This document shows, piece after piece, positions 13,001 through 25,103 of a stretch of 64,000 nucleotides of DNA. The DNA is from Zancudomyces culisetae HAW-14-8 (lineage: Eukaryota > Fungi > Kickxellomycota). Within the stretch, counting starts at the first letter, position 1; every line of letters begins with the position of its first letter. The notes under the pieces are model-generated. The model did no database searches. It worked only from the letters and a program-made list of their open reading frames with translations, and had not been told where the DNA came from. The stretch lies in NCBI GenBank assembly GCA_052426225.1, contig JBNJNM010000013.1:1240001-1304000 (forward strand), written 5' to 3'. Both the position numbers and the translations under genes were made by a program.

Positions 13001-13945
13001 TTTATGGACAGGCTTGCTCTTATAAACCTGCTGCGTCTGTACCCAAAACACATACTTCCAATACCACAAGCTGCCCTGTGCCTGTATTCGGTTATCTCAG
13101 CAGTAGAATATCTTCATAAACATTCAATAGTTCACACAAACATAAATAGTAAAAATGTTCTATTTAACAGTAAAGGAGAGGTAAAGCTAGGTAAGTTGCT
13201 CTAAAATTTATAACCTGAATCAAATTTAATCTGAAATGTTCCCAAAATGCAGTCACTAATTATTTTATTATACTGGGTTTTTTTTTGGATGGGGCGGGTA
13301 TGCTTGAATGTGGATTAATGCAAATTTAGCTGGAATATTTTCTCTCAAAAAGTGTCTACCAACGCAGAGTATATATATTAAAAGCGCTAACACTCATGAC
13401 ACGGCTGCGCCTGAGGTTGGAAATCAACTTGGTTACTGTCAAAAGGTAATATTATATACGTCTTCCCAAGTACCTTTACTGTCTTTTTTCCATTGTTTTT
13501 TTTTAGCTGCAAAAAAAAAGGTGTAAAATTTCTGATAACATTGGTAAATAGTCCGATATATGGTCTGTTGGGATACTTGGATACAAAATACTGTATGGGT
13601 GTAGACCATACAGTACACAAAATCCCGATGATGCGTTGCTGACCATCAGCACTGCCGGGATTTCTATTGCGTTAGAAGAACAGCCTGTAAACACTGGTGA
13701 GGGTTATGCTGATTTGATGGATTTTGTCAGAGATGCGTGCGCATTCAGCGTCGATTTGCGAAAATCAGCCTCCGAATTGGTTATGGTAACTAATATATTC
13801 ATCGATACTATTGCGTTCTGTTGCCCTAATTTAGTCTGTAGTTACTAATATATACTTTTACCCTCCTAATTAAAATTAGCACCCATTTTTCGAAAAGAGG
13901 GCAAGCCAAGAGTCAATGCTTTCTTTTACCAGCAAGGCAAAGTAA
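10086..13945 (+). CDS. CRIB-domain PAK/STE20-family kinase-like protein (pseudokinase), 10 exons, 909 aa
   Basis: Exons 10086-10595, 10701-10755, 10910-11184, 11401-12400, 12555-12688, 12769-12906, 12989-13190, 13330-13445, 13552-13785, 13880-13945 splice in frame. CRIB IGTPYAFKHELHV. Kinase subdomains VILKK, REISLL, IWVASEFMD, LHKHSIVHTNINSKNVLF, AAPE, SDIWSVGI, RKSASELVMHPFF. Confidence 0.85.
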
Positions 13946-14284
13946 CCTAGCTCTGTGACCTGGTCTTTCGAGAAGGGTAGAAACTAGCACAGTGAATAAA
14001 AAATATACACATATTTCATATAATTTATATTGGTGCTTGGATAATGTATAGTAGCTTTACAATTTTAGCACTAGGTACATGGGCATTTGTTACCATCACC
14101 ATCATTATTTTCTTTAAATCGGCTTTAAAAAATTTTTTTTATCCAAGAAAACTTGATTTGAATAAATTAAAACTAGAGATTTACATGCTATTTTTGTGGC
14201 GATTGTCATTAAAAAGAAATGTTCCTAAAGAACTTGTACCTTTGAAAGTCTTTTTTTTGTTGGAAAAGAGGCTGGATATTTTAG

Positions 14285-15886
14285 ATGAATTCCAGGCTAA
14301 AAACAGTTTATAAGCAACTAACCCTAACAGTGAGAAATTCAAGATACACAATGAGTACTAGCAATCTGTCAACAGTTAATGGATGTCCTGTGATTGAATA
14401 CGACAACGTTGAACGCAGTAATCTTATTGCACGTATACAGCAACTGGAAACCGAGCTTTCTAAGAGGGATTTGGATCTAAAAAAGCTTAGAAATAAGCTT
14501 TCGACTCAAAACAGAAATATCCACATGGATTATACGGACAGGCGAAAAGATTCCAAAAAAAACAAAAGTGGCGAATTTGACATTAAAAAGTACCCCAGAA
14601 GGAAGATAGCTCTGAAAGTGAGCTATTTTGGCTGGGATTATTACGGATTTACAAGAAACGGAAATTTGCTGGACGATGAGAAGGGCAAAGAAGAACAAGA
14701 AACCTGGCCCACAGTAGAAGGCGAGTTATTTATCGCACTGAAACGGTGCCACATGATCGTAAATGAGGCAGATTGTGATTATTCTCGGTGTGGCAGAACC
14801 GACAAGGGTGTAAGTGGCTTTGGGCAGGTAATATCGCTATATGTTAGAACGAAGGGGGAGTTTGTTGAGCAAACGGCTGGTGATAGTGACCAGGAATTGT
14901 ACATGGATCCTATCAACAATGGAAAAGCAGTAAAACTACCCAGCGAAGAAGCCGAATTCCCCTATCCAAAAATGCTAAATTCACTTTTACCTCAATATAT
15001 ACGGGTTATAGCGTGGAGTCCTGTAAATTCAGAATTTAGTGCTCGTTTTTCATGCAAAGCAAGACAGTACCGCTATATATTTCCGAAACAAAACCTGGAT
15101 ATTGAGGCAATGAATAAAGCTGCACAGTTATATATGGGTACGCATGACTTTCGAAATTTTTGTAAATTAGACCTAGGAAAAAACATAAAGAATTTTGAGC
15201 GTACAATTCTTGAAGCTAAAGTAGTACCGCTGGAGTTTAGCCCGCTAAACCCGTTTTTTGGAGACAGCAAGGAAATGGGCAGTTGGTACCAATTTCGAGT
15301 GAAAGGAACTGCATTCTTGTGGCACCAAGTACGCTGTTTGGTTGCCATTCTATTTTTGGTTGGTCAGGGACTCGAGAGTCCTTCTATTATCTCCAAGATG
15401 ATGGATATAAATTGTTTTTCAGGTAAACCTGAGTACGAAATGGCTTCTGACATTCCGTTGATTCTCGAGGACTGCGAATATTCGGAAAGTGACGTCAATT
15501 GGGTATACTTCAATGGAAATTCCAGTGATTATTCTTCACTAACTCTTCTGGACAAAGGTTTAAACTCCATGTGGCAAGAATTGGGGATTAAGGCTATAAC
15601 ATCCACCCTTTTACTCTATAAAATGAATACACTTCCACTAGTCAGCCAGGCATCCACCACCTCTGAAGATGTAGGGTCTGAATCCTCATTAACTTGCTGG
15701 CAGGATTTGAGAAAAACGAATCTATCTAACTCTAAGGCCCCCGAAATAATCGCGGGTGGTGGAAAGGTATTAAACATCAAAAACTATATCCCAATCGAAA
15801 AAAGAAAGTGCAATGAGCCGGTTGAGCTTCGCAACAAAAGATTCAGGGAAAAAATGGCACTCAAACTGCCAAATGAGCAATTGTGA
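14285..15886 (+). CDS. PUS3: tRNA pseudouridine(38/39) synthase, TruA family
   Basis: RRKIALKVSYFGWDYYG, YSRCGRTDKGVS (catalytic Asp), FSARFSC, GTHDFRNFCK, GTAFLWHQVRC, KPEYEMASDIPLIL. Confidence 0.93.
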   Translation: MNSRLKTVYKQLTLTVRNSRYTMSTSNLSTVNGCPVIEYDNVERSNLIARIQQLETELSKRDLDLKKLRNKLSTQNRNIHMDYTDRRKDSKKNKSGEFDIKKYPRRKIALKVSYFGWDYYGFTRNGNLLDDEKGKEEQETWPTVEGELFIALKRCHMIVNEADCDYSRCGRTDKGVSGFGQVISLYVRTKGEFVEQTAGDSDQELYMDPINNGKAVKLPSEEAEFPYPKMLNSLLPQYIRVIAWSPVNSEFSARFSCKARQYRYIFPKQNLDIEAMNKAAQLYMGTHDFRNFCKLDLGKNIKNFERTILEAKVVPLEFSPLNPFFGDSKEMGSWYQFRVKGTAFLWHQVRCLVAILFLVGQGLESPSIISKMMDINCFSGKPEYEMASDIPLILEDCEYSESDVNWVYFNGNSSDYSSLTLLDKGLNSMWQELGIKAITSTLLLYKMNTLPLVSQASTTSEDVGSESSLTCWQDLRKTNLSNSKAPEIIAGGGKVLNIKNYIPIEKRKCNEPVELRNKRFREKMALKLPNEQL

Positions 15887-18800
15887 GCTCACAGTGCCTA
15901 TCTCAGCTTTAACTTGATTATGTTCAATCCTATCCTTTCTAAGTATCAACATTTATCGACAGTTTTCCGCCAACTGGTAAAAATGGCTACACTCTAAATA
16001 TTTTTGCTTCATTTATAGCAAGCACAAGTATGTAGGCTGTCTGCTCTCACATATTTTGTTTTTTATGCCTGGTTCAGCTAACAACACCTTCCATGCAATT
16101 CCACTTTTTTTGAATTTAGTGGTACGTGGCATGATAATAGTATGCTTCCCCATTTAATGGCATATCTTTGTAAGGTTCCCCCTTAAATTAACAGTCTCTT
16201 TCCCCCACTCCTTGATATTTACATCGCGATTTTGATAAGCATTACAGTAAAAAAACAATGATAGCTTCAATTGTTACAACTACTTTGTTTACCTAATATG
16301 TGGGGCCAATAAAAATAACTTTCTTTTGTTATCCTTGCAATATCCGTCAATTCGAATGTTGTTGGGTTAAAGCATTAAAAGATTCGGGGAATTTGTCTAA
16401 TATATACATTTGCACGTATTTTTTTTTAGGAGTAAACTTTATTTAGATAATTAATCTAATTATATCCTCTGATCAAAATTTTCAAACAAAAAAAGCTAAA
16501 TGCGAGTAGGAAAACTCAAACTGCTGAATTTATGCGCATACTACTAGGTAAAACCAGGATTCAGTCCTTTCTATAGGGAGTTTCTCTGACGTACACGCCT
16601 TTTTATAAACCTTAACTTTAATTTGCAACGCCTGATCTAATACAAACACGTCAGCACCATATGAATTTCTCTTTTTTTTTTTACTACCAATACGTATAAA
16701 AACCAAACACAATTTGTCAAGTACTACAGAACTACAATCTTGTACCTATCTTGTATTTTCACAACAGCTCATAACCTTTCTTTATTTCTTTTTGCCCGGT
16801 GATTTTAAATAATCAGTACCACATAGAACCATAAAAAAAAGTAACACTTCATAATATCTGCTCAGGTTATTCCTCTCTGACCCTGCCCATAACCTAATCT
16901 CGATTTTTTTTGAAAGTTTCCACATAATTAATACTTGAAATGGTTGAAGGTTTATGGATAACTCGAAGTATGGCAACAATAGGTGATATAGCACGCCTGT
17001 TATATTTCAAAATTCCTCTATGACAATCATTACCTTCATCAGTTGCATTTCATATATACAACGACTAAGTTGTTATGGCAAATGCGGGCACATCGGGATG
17101 GCACTTCTGTAATGACATAAGTCTTTTCTTTTGCTCGCACAACAGATATAGCTAGGAGTATCATATTAATAGAGTTTATGATCAGACCTATAGTATTTGG
17201 ATGTAGTAATTGCCAAAACATACTGTTACGAATATAAACAGGATGTACCTCTTTATATAATACAATTATTGCACTTTGTGATCTTTGAAAGTTTAAAAAT
17301 GACATTGTGAAATCAGGAAAACAACCAAGTCTGCCAAAAAAGAAAAAATGTTTACAGTTCAAGCGGGAAGATCAGAGGAAAGAAAGAAGAGCAGCTACAA
17401 GTATGGTACCAGAAAACTACATCTCATACTTATGTACTTGTTACTGCTACCCGCACCTTCAACTTTAACAATAGATTATGCCTTTCATTTTTGGAGCCTC
17501 AGCTTGAGTTGCATAACATAAAGGCTAAACCGTTGTCCTGCTTATTTTCACGGTTATGCTAGATTTTTCCCCTCTACAATATTGGCCACATATATAGCAA
17601 CTGTTTAAAGAGGGTTATGTTGGTAGCTGGGTACAATGTCCCGTTATAATAATCAAGAATTGATAAGTATGGAATGCAAGTGTTGTGGTTGATTTTAGAT
17701 CACACTGATAAAACCAAAAAAAAGCCAATCATCTAGCCATTTCCACGGCTTTATTTTTTCCATCTACAAAAGCTTTGCCAGAGAGAGAGTCTTTTACAAG
17801 GAAGTTGTAAATCGATGGGATTTTCTATTATTTTGCGCAATTATGGATTCTAACTGGGGTGGTGCTTGGCCGTGGTTGTAAAAATGTGATGCGACGCAAT
17901 GTCAGATATAATTATCGCTAGTAGTCTAAATACCATAGAACAACCTATTACAAACTCCAATTTCGATTTTTTACTTTTTGTTTTATCTATTAAATGCTTT
18001 TGAATTCCCGTGTTTTTTTTTTCATTTAAAAAAATTGCCACAATAGATAATAAATTGGATCAACATGCAAAACAAACAGGTACACGCAAAAGGCAAATAA
18101 AAATACAATATTGCAATGGGCGTGTGCCATGTCTTTTTCTCTAGGATTTATTATAAAAAGTTACAGCCTGAGTCATATAGGAATAAAGGTATGCTGAAAA
18201 ATATTCCAAAATTAATAACACCAATATATACCTAAGCTTTTATGAACAAATCTGGAAATGAGGCAGATTGGCTCCCTCTTAGAGGATTGTAATGAGTTTT
18301 TAATAGTATCCTCAGCTTCCGAAAGATTCGCTTTCATGTTGTAGCCATTTATTAGCAGTTGCAGCAATATGCATCTGACTGAACATGGCTAGCTAATTGG
18401 GTATCATTTATTATTCTGCAGTTAGGAGTGGATAAAGCAATACAACTTTTTGCTAAAATCAATTAATTTGCTAAATACTGCTTTTTTATATTTTATCAAT
18501 TTACACAATTTAGCAAGATAAATCAGAAATTTTAGACTTGTCTATGAAAGAACCCGATTTACTCGATTGGCTTACCTTTCATGAATTAGAATTAATAGCA
18601 GAAAAAAAAATACAAAATGTGTGTAAATAAATGCGGGAATAAAGGAATGGATGGTTAATGAGCGGAAGAAATATAAATGAATTGAGGGCTTTGAGTCTAT
18701 TGGGCAGACAAAATCATTTATAAATCCATGTAATCGTTATTTGAATTTGCTTTTGCAAGTATTATTGTAAATATAAAAAACTGAAATTGTTGAGGATAGT

Positions 18801-19557
18801 TGAGTGTTGCCTAACAACTGATTTTGGTGGGTGGGAATCGCAAATTCGTCTATAAAAAAGCTAAAATTTGGCGGATTTATGTAACGATAACATAATTGAC
18901 GTAAATTAAACAATAAATTGGAAATAATTATACTTTTCCTCAAAAGGTTCAAGATGGACATAATTAAATGCCTACAAAAAAATACAAACCCAAACACAAA
19001 CATAAACAAAAAAAAAGTAGTACTCTCATCAACAGTTTTATATCTGTCCTTGATTCTTCTTGTTTTTTTCTCAATGAGCTACAAATTTGTTGGTATTTTT
19101 AATGTAGAGAAAAAAATAAAGCATATAATCTTCAACACATTTTTCCCTTTTTAAAAAAGCGCAATATATCCAGCTATTTTCCTTTCAACGCTTTTTTTAT
19201 ATAGTGAAAAACTAGTAATAATTTATAACTACTATTAATTGCCAATTTACTACGTGTGTTACTTGTTGAAGGCAAACTTGGGATACTTCTCGAAAAAAAA
19301 AACCTTGTTGGAAGATCGATCGAAAGCTGATCCTATTCTTCTGCTCGTGCACAACCACATAGATACACACAAAAACGTAGACATATTCATAATACTAGGA
19401 TAGCACATTGTCCTATTATATATACATTTAGGCTAGCTTGACAGAATACTGTACTTAGATTTGGCATACAGCCATCAACACTGATATATATCTGAAAATA
19501 CATTTTAATTTATACACGTTTTTCTGATAAACTTATTTACTTGAAAAAAAGGCAAAA

Positions 19558-21063
19558 ATGGGTTGTGGTAATAGCAAAGAGGACTATGGAGATGTTCAAA
19601 CTAGCAAGGAGATCGACGACCAGATAATTAGGGACAAGCAGACTATGCAAAAGGAAGTAAAGATCTTGTTGCTGGGTATGTAATTTTTACTTTTATAGGC
19701 ACAGTTTCTTGATATGCGAAAATCCGATCAGGGTTTCTTGTTTAGCAAGGAGTATGGTACATGAAAGAAAGATATATTCAATGATGTATAAAGCTAAAAC
19801 GCCCATTTTAAACCTTATACATCTGTTACGATACCCTATATTGTATTCGCAATATCTGGTAGTTAAAAGGTGATGAAGGGTGAAAAGTATAAAATAATTT
19901 TCAACTGAGTTGGGGTTCCAAACCTAACCAATGTTTTAATTCTGACACAAACCTTATAGGTGCTGGAGAATCTGGTAAAAGTACAGTAGTAAAGCAAATG
20001 AAGCTTATCCATGAAAATGGATACACGTACGATGAAAGGGAATCATTTAAAGAAATCATTTTTTCGAACTGCATGCAATCGGCACGAGCACTCTTAGAGG
20101 CCATGGATACCCTAGAAATAGATTTAGAAAACCCTAGGAACCAAATAAATGTCGATCTAATAATGGATACACCCACGCAGATAGAATCAGATGACTTCCC
20201 TCCAGAACTCATGATGGCAATTAAAAGCATTTGGAGCGATGGTGGCGTTCGCGAGTGCTTTTCACGATCCAGCGAGTATCAGTTGAACGATTCTGCAAGC
20301 TAGTAAGTCCTCTTGTAGATTTTTTTATTCTGCTATTTGTGTGAGCAGCGCATCTCCGAAGGGGTGTATAAATTACCTTAATTTTTAAATTGGCTGATAG
20401 TGTAAAATATAAATACGTGTGTGTGTGTGTGTGTGTTTACTTATTTGTATTTCTATGTGTAGCTATTTTGACTCGCTGGACCGAATTGCACAGCCAAATT
20501 ACATTCCTACAGACATGGATATTCTTAAAGCCCGCGTAAAAACAACAGGGATAAACGAGACTATATTCAATGTTGGTGATTTAGTATATAAAATGATTGA
20601 TGTCGGTGGTCAACGATCTGAGCGTAAAAAGTGGATACACTGTTTTGAGAATGTAACCGCAATTCTATTTTTGGTCGCAATTAGCGAATATGACCAGGTT
20701 TTAATTGAGGATGAATCGTCCAACCGTATGCACGAAGCTCTAACTCTTTTTGACTCGATCTGTAACTCACGCTGGTTTTCAAAGACATCAATCATTCTTT
20801 TCCTAAACAAAATTGATCTTTTTAAGGAAAAGCTTCCAAAGTCACCGCTTGAAAACCATTTTCCTGATTATAAGGGTGGTCAAAATATCGAGGCTGCAAA
20901 AGAGTATCTTCTTCAGCGTTTTACATCGTTAAACCTGTCAAAATACAAACAAATTTACACCTACTACACCTGTGCCACTGATACCAACCAAGTGAAGTTT
21001 GTTATGACTAGTGTCAACGATATTATTATCCAAAATCATTTACGTGATATTGGCATTATCTAA
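19558..21063 (+). CDS. Heterotrimeric G-protein alpha subunit (group I / Gi-like), 3 exons, 353 aa
   Basis: Exons 19558-19675, 19960-20302, 20463-21063. MGCGNS lipidation site, [10 protein letters not shown]-loop, [31 protein letters not shown]. Confidence 0.97.
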
Positions 21064-22872
21064 ACCTTTATTAATCAGTAATGTCGTTTTCCTATCCCTT
21101 TTTTATCTGTCTTGACTTTATTCCCTTCCGCAAGTATGCGTTTTGAAAAAAACATTCAAAAGACATGCTTGCTCTACGCTATACCCTTCTAAGCTCGTTG
21201 CTTGATTTATATTTTATTTTAACTATTGATATATATATACTCCTTCTTTGCTGCTCTCAAATAATTTTTTTTGTAAGAACCTTCTTGAAATAAACGCACA
21301 GGTCAAAGGTCGCAAAAAAAAAGATTATTGCTGGTTTAATTTCGTAGGGCAACCTTCAAAAACTTGCTACAGAGAATCAGAAAATGAGAAAATGCTAGCG
21401 ACTAATAAGGTTGATAAGATGACACACCCCCTCCCCTTCCACCTCAAAAAAAAAAGGAATTAGAAAGCAATACACTTTTTTAAATGAGTCTAAGACACAA
21501 TGAGCAAAGGTAGAGAATATCTTACAAAATACGAGCCTTCTCAATTAAAGATACATTTCTTTTGAAACGAATACTCTATGAGTCTACAGTTTTTGGAACA
21601 GTGGGTACATTCGATCAAATGCTCATTAAATATAATTCTGCGATACTCCTGAATTTTAATATAATGGATATGACTCGGAAAACTGAGTCAACAATCACAT
21701 ACTTGCAATTATACCAATTGTCATTCCCTAAGCAAGGAAACACATTAAGTTGCGGTAATCGTTATGTTTTGGTAAAGAAATACACATCTTTCCTTATATA
21801 TCATGACCCTCAATGTAACTGGCAACGAGTAAAACATAAATGATATTCAATAACTCATATATTATAAAGAATTGATTGCCATCACTTGAGTCAAGCTTCA
21901 ACAAGTATCGAAAGTTTAGAAATAAAAAGACGATTTGTTTGCGTTTCAAGCAACAGCATTTTTACTCTGTTTTTGTGAAAAGGAGGGCACAGTTTACAGT
22001 AGATACGAGTTTGAAGTTAAAGCACGTGAAACTTGTAGTTTGAGTTACTACAAGTACTAGACTGAAGCAGCACTATTTCCGATTATAGCGACTGTCCTAT
22101 TCTCCCTTTTAATAGCAAATAATATTTTATTACAATTTAAGGGCCTGAATAAAGAGGTATGACTGCTTCCAAATGAATCAAAATACAAAAAAAAAACACC
22201 ATTACCACACTATTCGTTAGATTAACAGGATCATCACAGCTAGTGTATTGAAAAATAATAAAAAAGGAAAGTTAGGGGTAAAACGGATGTTTATAGCCGA
22301 TCCTTGTATATTTAGATTTTATGTTTCGAAAATTGAAAAGTGATCTATACTGTTCAGCACCACGATCATAATATGAAAGCGATGAATTTTACTAATCGAA
22401 CAATCTATAATAAAATAGATCACTGAACTAATTTGCAAATTTTGTGAACTGAAACAGTTCGGTTCCCGAAGTCATCACAAGAACAAATAGAATGCCTAGT
22501 TTCTTAAATATAAATTCATCTGCTTTAAAAGATCACATCATTATTTGTACAGTATTATTCTTAACTATAGTTATTGGTTTATCTACAAGTTACCAGGGTT
22601 AAAGAGTCGAATAGCTGTAGAAAACAATTGAGAAAATAATATATAAAGAAAAAAGAAAAAGGCGGAAAAAGAGAGAAAGGGGCAATGTATTACTTTTAAG
22701 AAACAGTTTTTAGCCAGATTGTTATATATTTAGATTTATGCAAAGAAATAATTAAAAATAAAGAAGCTGTTGTATGTAGAACAGATAAGTGGTGTTTGAA
22801 AATAACATGACACAAAGATGAAACAGAAATAACAGTAATAAGAAAGTAAATGCGCTATTTTTCTTTTGTTGC

Positions 22873-22955
22873 GAATATCCACGTGATTGTAGTTTGGATT
22901 AAGCATCAAAGCCCAAGACGGCGATGATATACTTGTCTTTACACAGATATAAATG
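22873..22955 (+). promoter_or_regulatory. Putative P450 promoter: CACGTG E-box (22880-22885) and TATAAA (22948-22953)
   Basis: Both motifs are conserved in the inverted paralog (CACGTG 715-720, TTTATA 647-652). GAATATCCACGTGA is kept where flanking identity is already decaying. Confidence 0.45.
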
Positions 22956-23134
22956 TAAAGGATCCCATCTCATCCATCTTTTACTTTTGAAAAAGTCTCT
23001 ATCACAATCTTGTTTTTGGCTAAATTTTAAATACATTCTAACCCGAAAACTTAGTTTTAATTGAAAGATAGAGAAAACGTTTGAATAAACTTACCAACTC
23101 ATTAATAAATACTGTGAGAGAAGAGAGAGAAAAA

Positions 23135-24742
23135 ATGTCAAGTTTGAGTAAAATGGTCGAAGGGAGTCAAATACTCCAGCTACTCAAAAGTATCGACTAT
23201 CAAAAGTTGGTAGAGTATTTTTCCGACAGACGTATAATCGCTGGTGTGTCGGCCACATACATCGCTTTGAAAGTACTTGTTGCTTTTCTTTTTGATCCAC
23301 TAAAACACATTCCAGGTCCATGGTGGGCTAGATTCACAAATCTTCCATTTAGCTTGAAGATTGTACAAGGAAAAATCTACTTTGCGTTGGCAGAATATCA
23401 CAAGAAATATGGACCAACAGTCAGGTTGGGGCCAAAATTTGTTTCCATCACAACTATGTCTGATGCCAAGCAGATTTTAGCCACATACAAACATCCCAAA
23501 TCGATGGAGTATGAAAAGTTTGGGCTGGTTCCACCAAATCTGTTTAACACAACAAACGAAGCATTCAATAGAATGCGTAGAAGACAGGTGGGACCAGTGT
23601 TTACATTTACTGGACTAGCAAATATGGAAGACCAGATCTTAGAAGATGGATTTATATCACTGAAAAGAAAGCTGGAATCGTTGATAGGTGAAGGAGATTC
23701 TGCAAGAATTAATTACTACACTTACTTTCAGGGAATCACAACTGATGTTATCGGTCATATGATTTTTGGAAAACCAATAGGGGCTGTCAATGCGGGTGGT
23801 CATCCTCTAACAAAATGGGTTAGTGACTCCATAACCGTAGCTGCTGTCAATTCGAAGTTTCCTTTCATGCCATATCTCAGAAAGTATCTATTTTTTTTAC
23901 AAAACAAGGGGTTTCCAAAGTATGAAAAGTTTCGAGAGGATGCCATTAACACCCGTTATGCTGAAATAAGTAAAGTAGGAGCAGAAAATGTCAAGCAAGA
24001 TATTTTACAAATGTTCATTGAAAACAAGGATAGTATCACAGGAAAACCAATTACTAAACCAGAACTACATTCTGAGCTAATTGCCATGCTTAGTGCAGGA
24101 ATCGATACCACAAGCATTACAATGACGTATGTGCTACATGTTTGTACACTATTTCCTGATATTTACAAAAAGATAGTCGAAGAAATAGATAGAGAGTTTC
24201 CTGATAGAACAAAGCTGATAAGAGTAAATGAGGGAAGAAAAAAGCTGACATACTTTACTGCAGTTGTGTTGGAAACAATGAGATTCAAGACAGTTGTTGG
24301 AGGTACATTCCCAAGAGACAGCTCAGATGATGGTTTCCAACTTTCAGATTATTATATTCCTCCAAAACATATCATAAACATATATCTTGAGGGAATCCAT
24401 TATAACGAAGCAGTTTGGAAAGATCCATACATTTTCAATCCTGATAGATTCTTGGGTTTGAATGGAGAGGAGATGAAAAAGGAAATAATCACCTTCTCTA
24501 GTGGGGTCAGGATATGTGTTGGAAGAAACCTAGCATGGTCAGAAATATATACCGTTTTGGGCAATCTCATCCGCGAGTATGAATTTGATATTCCGAGTGA
24601 TTGTAAGTACAGGCCCAGTAATATCAATCCAGCAACAGGACAGCCACACTTTTTTAAGGACAAAGTGTATGTGACACGCAGTCCCTTGACACCAGACCAA
24701 GATTGTAATATCATAGTTCGTAGACGTCCAGTCAAGAGCTAA
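23135..24742 (+). CDS. Cytochrome P450 monooxygenase (intronless, 535 aa)
   Basis: N-terminal anchor plus IPGP, I-helix AGIDTT, ExxR (ETMR), FNPDRF, heme motif FSSGVRICVG. First ATG is at 23135, matching the paralog's start. Confidence 0.97.
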   Translation: MSSLSKMVEGSQILQLLKSIDYQKLVEYFSDRRIIAGVSATYIALKVLVAFLFDPLKHIPGPWWARFTNLPFSLKIVQGKIYFALAEYHKKYGPTVRLGPKFVSITTMSDAKQILATYKHPKSMEYEKFGLVPPNLFNTTNEAFNRMRRRQVGPVFTFTGLANMEDQILEDGFISLKRKLESLIGEGDSARINYYTYFQGITTDVIGHMIFGKPIGAVNAGGHPLTKWVSDSITVAAVNSKFPFMPYLRKYLFFLQNKGFPKYEKFREDAINTRYAEISKVGAENVKQDILQMFIENKDSITGKPITKPELHSELIAMLSAGIDTTSITMTYVLHVCTLFPDIYKKIVEEIDREFPDRTKLIRVNEGRKKLTYFTAVVLETMRFKTVVGGTFPRDSSDDGFQLSDYYIPPKHIINIYLEGIHYNEAVWKDPYIFNPDRFLGLNGEEMKKEIITFSSGVRICVGRNLAWSEIYTVLGNLIREYEFDIPSDCKYRPSNINPATGQPHFFKDKVYVTRSPLTPDQDCNIIVRRRPVKS

Positions 24743-25103
24743 AGATGAGGTATGAGTTGATATTTTATGAGCTGGAGGAGATGGGGGATTGTGTTTAAGA
24801 TAAGCTGGCCGAAGGGTTGCAGTTTGAGTGCTGCAAGGGGGATCGATCTAGTGCATCGCTTTTTTTTTATTTAGGTTTTTTTCTTTACTTTTGTGCGAGT
24901 TCAAATTAAAAATAAATAACTGTGATTGGAAAATCATTCTGATGCTGTTATGTTGGGTACTGGTTTTGACACAAATTTGGATATAATTAATTGCGGTTGA
25001 AACAGACCTCCAAGTAGAGTTCCCTTAACCAGATTTCTTTTTTTGTTGTCTATTTAGATATATAAAAGAATGTAATAGAAAGCATTATTATATTCATTTG
25101 CGA

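Noticed and set aside
15900-19500. Long gap with several 60-107 aa ORFs
   Set aside because: No coherent exon chain or motif found; treated as intergenic or regulatory.
21562-21843. 93-aa ORF
   Set aside because: TTG start, no recognisable similarity, no supporting splice sites.
23081-23134. N-terminal extension of the P450 in the ORF track
   Set aside because: TTG start; this stretch diverges between the paralogs just before the shared ATG.
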